A stretch of 64,000 bases of DNA from Longimicrobiales bacterium (lineage in GTDB: Bacteria > Gemmatimonadota > Gemmatimonadetes > Longimicrobiales > Gaopeijiaceae). The stretch lies in the NCBI GenBank assembly GCA_965197725.1, contig CBDANQ010000049.1, forward strand, positions 11,443-75,442. Reading direction: 5' to 3'. A program made the position numbers and the translations under genes. The notes beneath the pieces were generated by a model, which ran no database searches, was not told where the DNA came from, and saw only the letters and a program-made list of their open reading frames with translations. Shown here one piece after another: positions 33,021-41,652 of the stretch (position 1 is its first letter; the number at the start of each line of letters is the position of its first letter).

Positions 33021-33903
33021 GGACATCGTCTCCCTACTGGATCGTTTCGCTAACGAGGACACCTGCCGGAAGCACCTGGAGGCTCTGCGTTGGCCCAGTG
33101 GTGTCGCGTGCACCCGGTGCGGCGATATGGACGTGAGCCCGATCAAAGGCAGGGGCCAGTGGCACTGCATCGGATGCGGCTACCACTTCAGCGTGAAGTC
33201 CGGCACGATCATGCACGACTCGCACCTGCCGCTCCGGAAGTGGTTCGCCGCAATCTACCTGCTCTGCCAGTCCAAGAAAGGCATGAGCGCCCACCAGTTG
33301 CACCGGACAATCGGCGTGGCCTACAGGACGGCCTGGTACCTCTGCCACCGCATCCGCGAGGCGATGGGCAACGACCCGTTCACCGGCCCTACGCTCTTCG
33401 GCATCGTCGAAGTTGACGAGACCTTGGTGGGCGGAAAGACCAGGGGCAAGGGTCCCGCCTACAAGGGCAACAGGACCTGGGTGGCCGGGGCCATCCAACG
33501 CGGCGGTCAGGTACGCCTTGAGCGCATCCCCAACATCCGGAAGCACACCCTTCATGACTTCATCGCCCGCACCGTCAGAGACGAGGCCGAGGCAATCTAC
33601 ACCGATGAACTCAAGTCCTACCTCGGGATCGCTGACGACGACACCCGCCATGAGACCGTCAGGCACTCCGAAGAGGAATGGGTCCTGGGCGACGTCCACA
33701 CCAACGGCATTGAAGGCGTCTGGAGCCTCTTCAAGCGCTCTATCGTAGGATCGTTCCACAAGATCAGCGCCAAGCACATGGACCGCTATTTGGAAGAACT
33801 GGAATGGCGCTATAACAACCGCGACAACCCCAACATCTTCCGCGACACCCTCCGGCGCATCGTGAACACCGACCCGCTCACCTACCGCGAGCTGGTGGCC
33901 TAG
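33019..33903 (+). CDS. IS1595 family transposase (ISXO2-like DDE)
   Basis: RWPSGVACTRCG zinc ribbon, VEVDET, YTDE, HTNGIEGVWSLFKR, YLEELEWRYN; SD AGGAG. Confidence 0.95.
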   Translation: MDIVSLLDRFANEDTCRKHLEALRWPSGVACTRCGDMDVSPIKGRGQWHCIGCGYHFSVKSGTIMHDSHLPLRKWFAAIYLLCQSKKGMSAHQLHRTIGVAYRTAWYLCHRIREAMGNDPFTGPTLFGIVEVDETLVGGKTRGKGPAYKGNRTWVAGAIQRGGQVRLERIPNIRKHTLHDFIARTVRDEAEAIYTDELKSYLGIADDDTRHETVRHSEEEWVLGDVHTNGIEGVWSLFKRSIVGSFHKISAKHMDRYLEELEWRYNNRDNPNIFRDTLRRIVNTDPLTYRELVA

Positions 33904-33981
33904 GTGGCCGCCCCCAATTGGAAGCCTAAGACGATTTGGCGACCGGGGCATGGAGTACCTGAAAGCCAAGCTCCAACTCAC

Positions 33982-34518
33982 TTAGTTCACGGAACCCGCA
34001 AGAGTTTCCCACAGCTTTTTCATCCAGTTCTTGATCCGCACAGGCCGCCGGGCTCTCGTGAGGGTGACTGTAGGCTCTAGAATAGAAACCGACCATTCGG
34101 CCGAACCGGCGTCGGCGGACAAGGGAGGCAGGGTTATAGCCCTGGCAGCCGCGAGCCTCTTTGTCTCTGCCATCGATTGAATCACCGGAAACCAGTTGCG
34201 CAACACATCTACGTCCATTTGGGGGCACGGGACATCAAGTGATCCTAGCTTGTGCATTATCACCAGAATTTCCGCCCTAGTCTTACCGGTGAAATCTAGG
34301 CTCCCACCGTCCCAGGATGCAGTATCGCCCTCCATGGATGAAGCGTGAGCAGCTTTGATTTCAGTGGTCAAATCGTGAAATCGATTTGCTGACCTAAGGC
34401 GGCGTATCCATGGCCAGTTGATGATAGCTAGCAAGCCGGTGAACAACGTGAACAGCGCCGCGTAATCTGACCCCACCAAATTCACCGGCACGGTAAGCCC
34501 CACTGGCTCACGGGTCAT
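33982..34518 (-). CDS. Hypothetical passenger protein with N-terminal TM helix
   Basis: 178-aa ORF in lower-GC DNA, convergent with the transposase. Confidence 0.55.
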   Translation of the reverse strand: MTREPVGLTVPVNLVGSDYAALFTLFTGLLAIINWPWIRRLRSANRFHDLTTEIKAAHASSMEGDTASWDGGSLDFTGKTRAEILVIMHKLGSLDVPCPQMDVDVLRNWFPVIQSMAETKRLAAARAITLPPLSADAGSAEWSVSILEPTVTLTRARRPVRIKNWMKKLWETLAGSVN

Positions 34519-34829
34519 AGATCTTGTTCTTTTCCATGCTCTCCACGCTGCAGTGCACGAACGATTGTCCTTCCACGATCACTCGACTGATCGACATGCA
34601 AGGTGGTCGAGCTCGAGCCGTATCCATGGCCAGTTGATGCTAGCTAGGCAAGCCGGTGAACAATCGTGCTCAGCGGCCAGCGTCGAATCTGTACGGAATC
34701 AACCACCCCACCAAATTCACCGGCACGGTAAGCCCCACTGGCTCACGGGTCACTTGGTGCTCTCCACGCTGCACACGAACGATTGTCCTTCCACGATCAC
34801 TCGACTGATCGACATGCAGCTCGAGCCGT
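34403..34829. repeat. Noisy ~215-bp tandem duplication mixing IS passenger and pilB sequence
   Basis: Blocks GTATCCATGGCCAGTTGATG, CCCCACCAAATTCACCGGCACGGTAAGCCCCACTGGCTCACGGGTCA and ACGAACGATTGTCCTTCCACGATCACTCGACTGATCGACATGCA each occur twice. Confidence 0.9.
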
Positions 34830-35224
34830 TCAACGTGGCTTCTGCGCTCAATCTGCTCACGGCGCAGCGACTCGCGCGCCGCATTTGCAAGAGCTGCAAG
34901 GTCGAAGCGACGTACGACGAAGAGTTCCTCAGCTCAGCCAAGCTCCCGCTCGACTGGGCGGATCAGAACACGTTCTACAGGGGTGAGGGATGTGACGAGT
35001 GCGGGGGATCGGGCTACAGGGGCCGCTGCGGATTTTACGAGGTCATGATCATGTCGCCGCCACTGCGGAAAGCGATCATGCAGGAGCTGTCGACAGACGA
35101 CCTGCGAGACTTGGCGTGCTCGGAAGGGATGTTGACCCTCCGGCAAGACGGGATGAAGAAGGTCGAGAGAGGCACTACCACGATGGAAGAGCTGGTGAAA
35201 GAGACCACGGCCAGCGAGGACTAG
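34742..35224 (+). pseudogene. pilB: PilB 3' part (Walker A/B region absent)
   Basis: LTGHLVLSTLHTND, AQRLARRICKSC, GCDECGGSGYRGR, GMLTLRQDG. Confidence 0.88.
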
Positions 35225-35252
35225 CCGCGCGCCCTCGACAAAGGATGCCTTA

Positions 35253-35939
35253 ATGGACCACGAGCCGGCTGCTCCGGCAGGACACCAAGAACGCGAGCAA
35301 CAGCAGGAGCTGAGCCTGCGCGTGTTGCTCCAGGAAATGCTTCAACGCGGCGCGTCGGACCTCCACATCACGGTGGGGAACACGGCCATGTTGCGCCTCG
35401 ACGGAGACCTGGCCAAGTCGAAGACCGGCCAGGTGCTCACTCCGAAGGACACGCTCGCGCTGTCGTACTCCATTCTCACCGAAAACCAGAAAAAGCGCTT
35501 CGAGGTCGACGACGAGCTCGATTTCTCGTTCGGGGTGCAGAATCTCTCACGGTTCCGCGGCAATGTGTACAAGCAGCGCGGCTGCGTCGCGATGGCGATC
35601 CGACAGATTCCCTACGACATCGTCACGCTCGACCAGCTCGGGATGCCCCCGATCCTCACCAAGCTCGCCCGACGCCCGAGAGGCCTCGTCCTGGTTACGG
35701 GGCCGACCGGTGCGGGCAAGACGACGACGCTCGCCGCGATGGTCGACATGATCAACCGGGAGCGGAAGGCTCACATCATCACCATCGAGGACCCGATCGA
35801 GTTCATTCACCGCCACCAGAAGTGTATCATCAACCAGCGGGAGGTGGGAGCGGATACTCAGAGCTTCACCAGCGCTCTGAAGTACGCGCTTCGCCAGGAC
35901 CCCGACATCGTGCTCATAGGCGAGATGCGGGATCTAGAG
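35253..35939 (+). pseudogene. pilT: PilT retraction ATPase, truncated after Walker B
   Basis: GASDLH, GPTGAGKTTT, TIEDPIEF, RQDPDIVLIGEMRDLE; frame then runs antisense through the VOC gene; no TGHLV/His box. Confidence 0.85.
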
Positions 35940-35981
35940 GGCCCTGGTCAAGGGTCGGGTCGAAGCCGGCGCGCAACGGTT

Positions 35982-36368
35982 CTACGACTTCGCCACCTCG
36001 CACATGAGCGCCAATTGGTTCTCTTCGCTGTCTTTGAAGAACGCCATCCACAACTCGTGATCTCCCATGTCGTGCACGAAGTGTGGATCGACGTCGAATG
36101 TGACGCCGCGCTCGACCAGCGTCTGGTGTGCGCCGGCAATGTCGGGGACTTTGTAATACAGGAGCGAGGCGCCGTGGCTCTCCGATCCCTCGCTTTCACC
36201 AATCATGAGACGGATTCCGTCCAAATCGAAGAACGCCATGCGGGGAGGGGCCTCGAAAAGGAAGCGAATGCCGAGTATGTCGCGATAAAATGCCACCGCT
36301 CGCTCCAACTCCAGTACCGGCACGAAGACCTGCCCCAATGTCTGAATGCCGAAGCTCTCGTCGCTCAT
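35982..36368 (-). CDS. VOC/glyoxalase family protein
   Basis: LERAVAFYRDILG, LWMAFFKDSEENQLALM; SD GGAGG. Confidence 0.88.
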   Translation of the reverse strand: MSDESFGIQTLGQVFVPVLELERAVAFYRDILGIRFLFEAPPRMAFFDLDGIRLMIGESEGSESHGASLLYYKVPDIAGAHQTLVERGVTFDVDPHFVHDMGDHELWMAFFKDSEENQLALMCEVAKS

Positions 36369-36457
36369 GCGTGCCTCCGGAGTTGAATCGATGATCCCGA
36401 TCGTGCACCTGCTTCACCAACTTCGCCAGCAGGACGGCGCGACCTGAGCCCAGTTCA

Positions 36458-37939
36458 CTACCGGATCGGGATCCTGAGCGTCAGCTGATGAGTGAGTACC
36501 GAGGCGTCCTGAAGCGTGAGCGGGGCTTCGGGGGCCACGATGAAGTCGGCGCCGGCACCCAGCGCCGTATCAGCCTCAGCGCGGAACATCTGGGCTGTTC
36601 CTGGTTGGCCGGTTCCGGTCGTGAGGCGGCCCGCGTACCTGAGCTCGAGGTCCGAGAATCGGACCGTGGCACCGAACGTCGGCGTCCACTCCATCCACGA
36701 CTCGTCTTGATCGCGAAATGAGTTCTCGACGTGGTTGGTCTGCTCGAGCGTATAGTCGTAGGAGCGAACCTCGAGTCCGCCCTGTAGCCCGATATCCTCC
36801 AGCTGATGGGAGAGACCGGCGCGCAGGATCACATTGGTGAAGAAGAAGTCGTTCTCGATCGTCCGCCCGCCCGCCTTGATCACCACGCCGTCGTCGGTCA
36901 CGACGTCCTCGTCGGCCTCCTGCCACGTCTCGCTCCAGATCGGCTGCACCACGACGTCTATGCCGAAGGTGGTCGGGCCGCGTGTACGGCCGAATCCGAA
37001 TCCGGCCTCGTACGCCCACGTCGTGCCGGGGTCACGAGGGATGTTTTGGATGCTGTAGTTGGGGATCTTCGGATGCGACTTCCGATTCACGGTAGCCGCC
37101 GCTCCCACTCGCCAACCTGGAGCGTCGAGGTCTCGGTCCCAGGAAAGTTGTCCGCCCCACGTGCGCGTCTTGTCTTCGTTGATCTCGATGCGCGCCTGGG
37201 CGACGGGGGGCTGCATCGGATCGTCCCAAATGAAGTCGACGTACATAACGTCGTGGGTCATCGATATGCGATTGTTGACGAGGATGATCGCGAAACGCTC
37301 ACGTTCGCCGTCGCGGTACAATCCCAGTCGCAGATCGGAGGCGCTGCCCGACTGTTCAATACGGTCCGCGCCGGCGTACAAGAGGTCGACGCCGTCCACC
37401 GCATCGAGGTGTGCCGTCGAGGCTGCCAGACCTAGCGACCAAGGACCGGCGCCGAGCCGGCGTCCCACGAAACCGCTTGCGTAGAGGTTGCGGGACGCAA
37501 CGTCGCTCAGGCGACGCGGCGGCCCGATCCACTCCACGAACGGCTGGATGAAGAAACGGTTGCCCCTCGAGTTATCGATCTGTTGCAGCGCGAGCGAGGC
37601 GCCACCGAACCATTGGGCGCCGCGGAAGAGGCCTGCGAGGGGGAACGTCTTCCCGGAGCCACCGTTGTCGGAGATCCCGTAGAACGTGGGCGAGCCCAGG
37701 AAGGAGGACTCGTCGATGAAGACGCCCTTGGCAGGGTTGGCCCATGGATCGCCGAGGGAGTCGTTCACGGCGAAGCGGACTCCGGCCATGCCGAGGTTGG
37801 CGCTGGGCAGAATGAGGAACTGGTCGCCCGAAGCGACCGGTACCGTGCGGATCGGAACGAGCTGGGCGGCGAGCGGCACCGCGTGGATCGAGAGGAGCGC
37901 GGCGAGGGCCGCAAGAGCACGAACGAATGAAAGACTCAT
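36458..37939 (-). CDS. Secreted protein, probable outer-membrane beta-barrel, unknown family
   Basis: Signal peptide ending AAQ; NPA motif near N-terminus; alternating beta-strand pattern; SD GGAGGT. Confidence 0.65.
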   Translation of the reverse strand: MSLSFVRALAALAALLSIHAVPLAAQLVPIRTVPVASGDQFLILPSANLGMAGVRFAVNDSLGDPWANPAKGVFIDESSFLGSPTFYGISDNGGSGKTFPLAGLFRGAQWFGGASLALQQIDNSRGNRFFIQPFVEWIGPPRRLSDVASRNLYASGFVGRRLGAGPWSLGLAASTAHLDAVDGVDLLYAGADRIEQSGSASDLRLGLYRDGERERFAIILVNNRISMTHDVMYVDFIWDDPMQPPVAQARIEINEDKTRTWGGQLSWDRDLDAPGWRVGAAATVNRKSHPKIPNYSIQNIPRDPGTTWAYEAGFGFGRTRGPTTFGIDVVVQPIWSETWQEADEDVVTDDGVVIKAGGRTIENDFFFTNVILRAGLSHQLEDIGLQGGLEVRSYDYTLEQTNHVENSFRDQDESWMEWTPTFGATVRFSDLELRYAGRLTTGTGQPGTAQMFRAEADTALGAGADFIVAPEAPLTLQDASVLTHQLTLRIPIR

Positions 37940-38014
37940 CGTCACCTCCGGTGGTCGGCGGCTCCTCGGCCGCCGTCACTCAGATAACGACCGCGGGAGG
38001 GCAGCCGTGACGCC

Positions 38015-40300
38015 TCAGAACGAGAAGGCTACTCCGAAGACTGGAAGTAGCGGCCGTTCGGCGAGGGGTGTGAGCTCGTCGCTCCGCCACGACTGGAACG
38101 TGTAAAAGAGTGCATCGCGACGGTCGAGCGCGTTCAGGACACGCAGGTATGGGCGCACGCTCCAGCGTCGGCCGCCCCATTCTGGACGCAGGATCGCGTG
38201 TACCTCGACATCGATGCGAAGGAACTCCTCGTCGAGCCCTGACACGAGCGGAGAGTCCTGGCTCCTCTGGATGGCGCCACCGGCGTCGTCTGGCCCTGCC
38301 GTGGCCAGATCGTCCGCTTCCGCCCCGAGGCCGCGGAAGGGGATGCTCGTGTACGGCAGGCCTGCACCGTACGCGACTCGAATCTCTCCGTGAAGCGGTC
38401 CGCTGAGACCTCCTGAAAGCCCCGCGCTCAACAGATGGCGACCCGCGAAGTCGGAGCTGTACCCGGAGAGGTCTGCCGTCGACCAGAACCACGAGAGCCC
38501 GTACCCCAGCCACATCGCCGCCCGCGTCCCGGCGCTCTTCACTTGGAGGTCGATGCCGGACGAGCGGATCGTCTTCTCGGGTGCGGCCTCCAGCCCCTCG
38601 TACCGCTTCCAGAATCCTTGCAGGCCGAGCCTTACGCTGGTGCCGAGCGTCTGGTCAAGGGATACGACCACGTGGTCCGCGGTAGCCACCGGTAAGAGGG
38701 CGGACGCGGGCAAGTCCTGCTCGACGACTTCTGCGAGCGTTCTCTCGACTTCGACGTCGGGCGTGCGGGTCGGCTGGTGGTAGCGCCCTACCGCGATCGT
38801 GATCAGCGCGTCCGGATCGAAGTCCCACATCAAGGCGACACGCGGGGCGAGGCGGAAGCCGCCGAACGAGAAGGCATCTCCGCGAAGGCCGGCCCGCAGG
38901 GTCAGTGCGGGCCCGAACGGTCGGGTCGCGTCCAGATACGCCCCCGTCGTGGTCGTCTGAGTCCGTGTGCTCGTCGCTGGCCCACCACCCAGCGCTCGGG
39001 CGGCGAATGCCGCGTCGATGCGTTCGTGAGACACACCGAGCCGGAGGCGTTCCCCAGGGGCGCCCCAAGCGAATTCGCCGACCATCCTGATGCGGTCGGT
39101 CGCGGCGGTTGCGAGCAAAGCGTCCGGGGTCGGCTCATCGGCTGGCGCCGTCGGCTGCAGGGGAAGCGACGCGCGATATCCGCTCCCCGCCGCCATCAGC
39201 TCCAGCGTGCCGGTACCTACTGCTCCTCTGTACTTCACGGAACCGGCGCGGTTCGACCAGCTCGCGTCGTCCGGTGCGTTGGCGAAGTCCAACAGGACCG
39301 CCTCCGAGTTCCAGAAGCCGGTGCCGCGGATCAAGTGTCCCCTCGTCGGCTCGATTTCCATCCCCAGCAGCACATCCCGGTAGCCGTACGGGCGCCGGCC
39401 CCGGAGTGCCGTCGCGCCCAGGTCGTGCAGCGATCGCGCCGATGCGATGTAGCCTCCACGTGAGCCGAGCGGCCCCTCCAAGGCGGACGTGGCGGCGAGC
39501 AGATCCAGCGAGCCCGATGCCCGAACGCGGTCCCTTCGGGGTCGGCGCGTCTCGAGGTCGAGGATGTGTGTGAGGCCACCGTCATACCGCGCCGGCGCTC
39601 CACCGACGTGAAGCGCTGCGCTGCCGAGCACCGCTGGTTCGAAGCTGCGCATGAGTCCGCCAACGTGGAACGGTGTGTAAACCGGTGCCCCGTCGAGCAG
39701 AACGAGCTTCAGGTCCGTAGTCGACCCCCTCATGTAGAGCACGTCGGTGGCGTCGGCGGGATCGTTTCCGGGCAGGGACTGCACCGCGTCGAGCAAGCCC
39801 GGATGTCCGACCCCAGGAGTGAGGTCCAGGGCCTGCACCTCGAGCACTGGCATCGGAACCCGTTTGCCGGCCGCCTCATCAACGTCCGGCGCGCGCGGCG
39901 CGCCAACCACGTACACCGGGTCCAGCTCGACGGGCTCGGCCTGCAGCTCCAGGTCGACCCGCACGTCGGCTCTGGGGGGAACGAGCACGTGCACCGAAAG
40001 CGAAGCGTGCCCGGCGTGCATTACGCTGAGACGGATCTCCCCGGCCGGAAGGTCGTCGAATCGATACCGCCCGACGCTGTCGGCGAGGACCGTTCGTCGA
40101 GTGGTCGCTACGAGTGCCTCAACGACCGCGTTCGGCAGCGGGGTGCGTCGCCCGTCGAAGATCCCGGTGACCACGCCGCCTATCGACGCAGTCGCGGTGT
40201 CCGACGCCCTCACCTGGGCATGGGACATGGACGGGACACTGGCGAAGACGGCGAGCAGAGCCGCTCGGCGGAGTGCTCGGAAGTACGGCGACGTTTGCAT
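38015..40300 (-). CDS. TonB-dependent receptor with N-terminal carboxypeptidase-regulatory-like domain
   Basis: ADSVGRYRFDDL, LYMRGS...VLLDGAPVY plug, PARYDG, LAPRVAL, C-terminal Phe. Confidence 0.82.
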   Translation of the reverse strand: MQTSPYFRALRRAALLAVFASVPSMSHAQVRASDTATASIGGVVTGIFDGRRTPLPNAVVEALVATTRRTVLADSVGRYRFDDLPAGEIRLSVMHAGHASLSVHVLVPPRADVRVDLELQAEPVELDPVYVVGAPRAPDVDEAAGKRVPMPVLEVQALDLTPGVGHPGLLDAVQSLPGNDPADATDVLYMRGSTTDLKLVLLDGAPVYTPFHVGGLMRSFEPAVLGSAALHVGGAPARYDGGLTHILDLETRRPRRDRVRASGSLDLLAATSALEGPLGSRGGYIASARSLHDLGATALRGRRPYGYRDVLLGMEIEPTRGHLIRGTGFWNSEAVLLDFANAPDDASWSNRAGSVKYRGAVGTGTLELMAAGSGYRASLPLQPTAPADEPTPDALLATAATDRIRMVGEFAWGAPGERLRLGVSHERIDAAFAARALGGGPATSTRTQTTTTGAYLDATRPFGPALTLRAGLRGDAFSFGGFRLAPRVALMWDFDPDALITIAVGRYHQPTRTPDVEVERTLAEVVEQDLPASALLPVATADHVVVSLDQTLGTSVRLGLQGFWKRYEGLEAAPEKTIRSSGIDLQVKSAGTRAAMWLGYGLSWFWSTADLSGYSSDFAGRHLLSAGLSGGLSGPLHGEIRVAYGAGLPYTSIPFRGLGAEADDLATAGPDDAGGAIQRSQDSPLVSGLDEEFLRIDVEVHAILRPEWGGRRWSVRPYLRVLNALDRRDALFYTFQSWRSDELTPLAERPLLPVFGVAFSF

Positions 40301-40302
40301 CG

Positions 40303-41043
40303 TCAGGGCACGATGAACCGGATTCGATCGGCGTCTCGCTCGACGATGGGCACGGACACGCTTTCACCGCCGGCCGCGCGTTGAAGATACATGCCTCCGT
40401 TCACCTCCAATGATGCCGCTGAGATCGACTCCGGAAACTCGATTGTGACCGGCCCACCGGTGATCGTCGCCCGCACCCGCCCCTCCGCTGACGTGAAGGA
40501 GCTTCCCCGTGCGCCAAGCACCGTCACCGCCGGTCCCGTGACCCAGCGTACCTCGATCGAGGTTCCGGAGGGCACCTGGTCGAGCTCAACCACGACCGGA
40601 CCGTCCTCGACAATGATGCGTATGCCGACCGGCTCGCCCGACACCGCTGGCGCCAGCGCACTCGGTGCGGGTGCCTGCGGCCCTCGACCACTGATGAATT
40701 CGCGTAGCGGCGAACCCGGAAGGGCCGACAGTCCGCCGGTGGTCAGGAGTAGGAACGTCGCGGCTCTCCCGAGCGTCCAGAAGGACGTACGCACCCGCGG
40801 CTCGCGACTCTGCCCAGCCGTTGCTTCACGGTTCGCGAGCCGAGCCCGCATGGCTTCGCGCGCCGATTCCACGTTGAACCGCTCATCGAGGTCGGTGAGC
40901 GCCGACGCGATGTCGGTCGCGCGTGCCTCCGCCTCTTCCAGCGCCGTCCGGCACATCTCACACTCGCCGAGGTGGGCGCGCGCGTCGGCGACCGGGATGC
41001 CGTCGCGCAGCTCGAGGATCGCTCTCTCCGTGAGGTGACTCAT
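40303..41043 (-). CDS. Putative zinc-binding anti-sigma factor, single TM
   Basis: HLT...HLGECEMC (HxxxCxxC); ATGA overlap with the ECF gene. Confidence 0.78.
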   Translation of the reverse strand: MSHLTERAILELRDGIPVADARAHLGECEMCRTALEEAEARATDIASALTDLDERFNVESAREAMRARLANREATAGQSREPRVRTSFWTLGRAATFLLLTTGGLSALPGSPLREFISGRGPQAPAPSALAPAVSGEPVGIRIIVEDGPVVVELDQVPSGTSIEVRWVTGPAVTVLGARGSSFTSAEGRVRATITGGPVTIEFPESISAASLEVNGGMYLQRAAGGESVSVPIVERDADRIRFIVP

Positions 41044-41567
41044 GCCGGCTCTCCTGCGGCAGCGAGGACGTCTGTGAACCGGCGTTCCGCACGGGCGAGC
41101 AGGGTACCGACCGAGGTGGCGGCCACGTCGACCGCCTCGGCGATCTCGCGGTAGCTGAAGCCGGAGTAACGCATGAGCAGCATCTCGCGGTCCCGGGCGG
41201 GCATGGCGTCCAGCGCACGGCGAGCCCTCGCTCGGTTTTCTGTTCGCTCGAGGGCCTTGTCCGGGGATTCGGGATCGGTTGTCATGATCGGGTTCTCACT
41301 CAAGAGTCGCTTGCGGTTTCCCTCGACCCGGTAGCGGTCCCGAATCAGGTGCGTCGCGGTCTTGAAGAGCCACGCTCGGATTCCGGCGGAGCTCCCCTCG
41401 ACGTCGCGCTCGAAGAGCCGGACCATCGCCTCCTGGGCGACGTCCTCGGCCGCGTCCCGGTCACCGCTCAAGCGGTGACAGTAGCGCACGAGTGGCAGGT
41501 ACTCCTCGTCGAACGTGGTGTCGAAGTCCACGGCGTTCCTGGCAGGGTCTCGCAACACCGACACCAT
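41040..41567 (-). CDS. ECF sigma-70 factor
   Basis: AAEDVAQE, AWLFKTA, GFSYREIAE, SVGTLLARA. Confidence 0.92.
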   Translation of the reverse strand: MVSVLRDPARNAVDFDTTFDEEYLPLVRYCHRLSGDRDAAEDVAQEAMVRLFERDVEGSSAGIRAWLFKTATHLIRDRYRVEGNRKRLLSENPIMTTDPESPDKALERTENRARARRALDAMPARDREMLLMRYSGFSYREIAEAVDVAATSVGTLLARAERRFTDVLAAAGEPA

Positions 41568-41652
41568 TTCGTGTCGGTTCCGGCCGGTTCTACCCGGTCG
41601 GGGGTCATGAGGTCTTTACCCAAGGAACGAGTGAGGGCCCACGACCGTGACG

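Larger units (their letters stand above)
32824..34518 (+). mobile_element. IS1595-family element with passenger ORFs; right end not resolved
   Basis: Abrupt loss of pilB frame at GGTAATTATGCACTTGACA, lower-GC DNA, transposase inside. Confidence 0.75.

Noticed and set aside
34249..34264. CTTGTGCATTATCACC as the right inverted repeat of the IS1595 element
   Set aside because: Only 12/16 match to the left end, lies inside the passenger ORF, and no target duplication follows.
32365..35937. GATCTAG at both the pilB frameshift and the pilT break as a shared target site
   Set aside because: CTAG occurs often in intact genes here, and both sites simply encode Asp-Leu.
35940..36386. C-terminal extension of the 377-aa PilT ORF as a novel domain
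   Set aside because: It is the antisense read-through of the VOC gene after the truncation.
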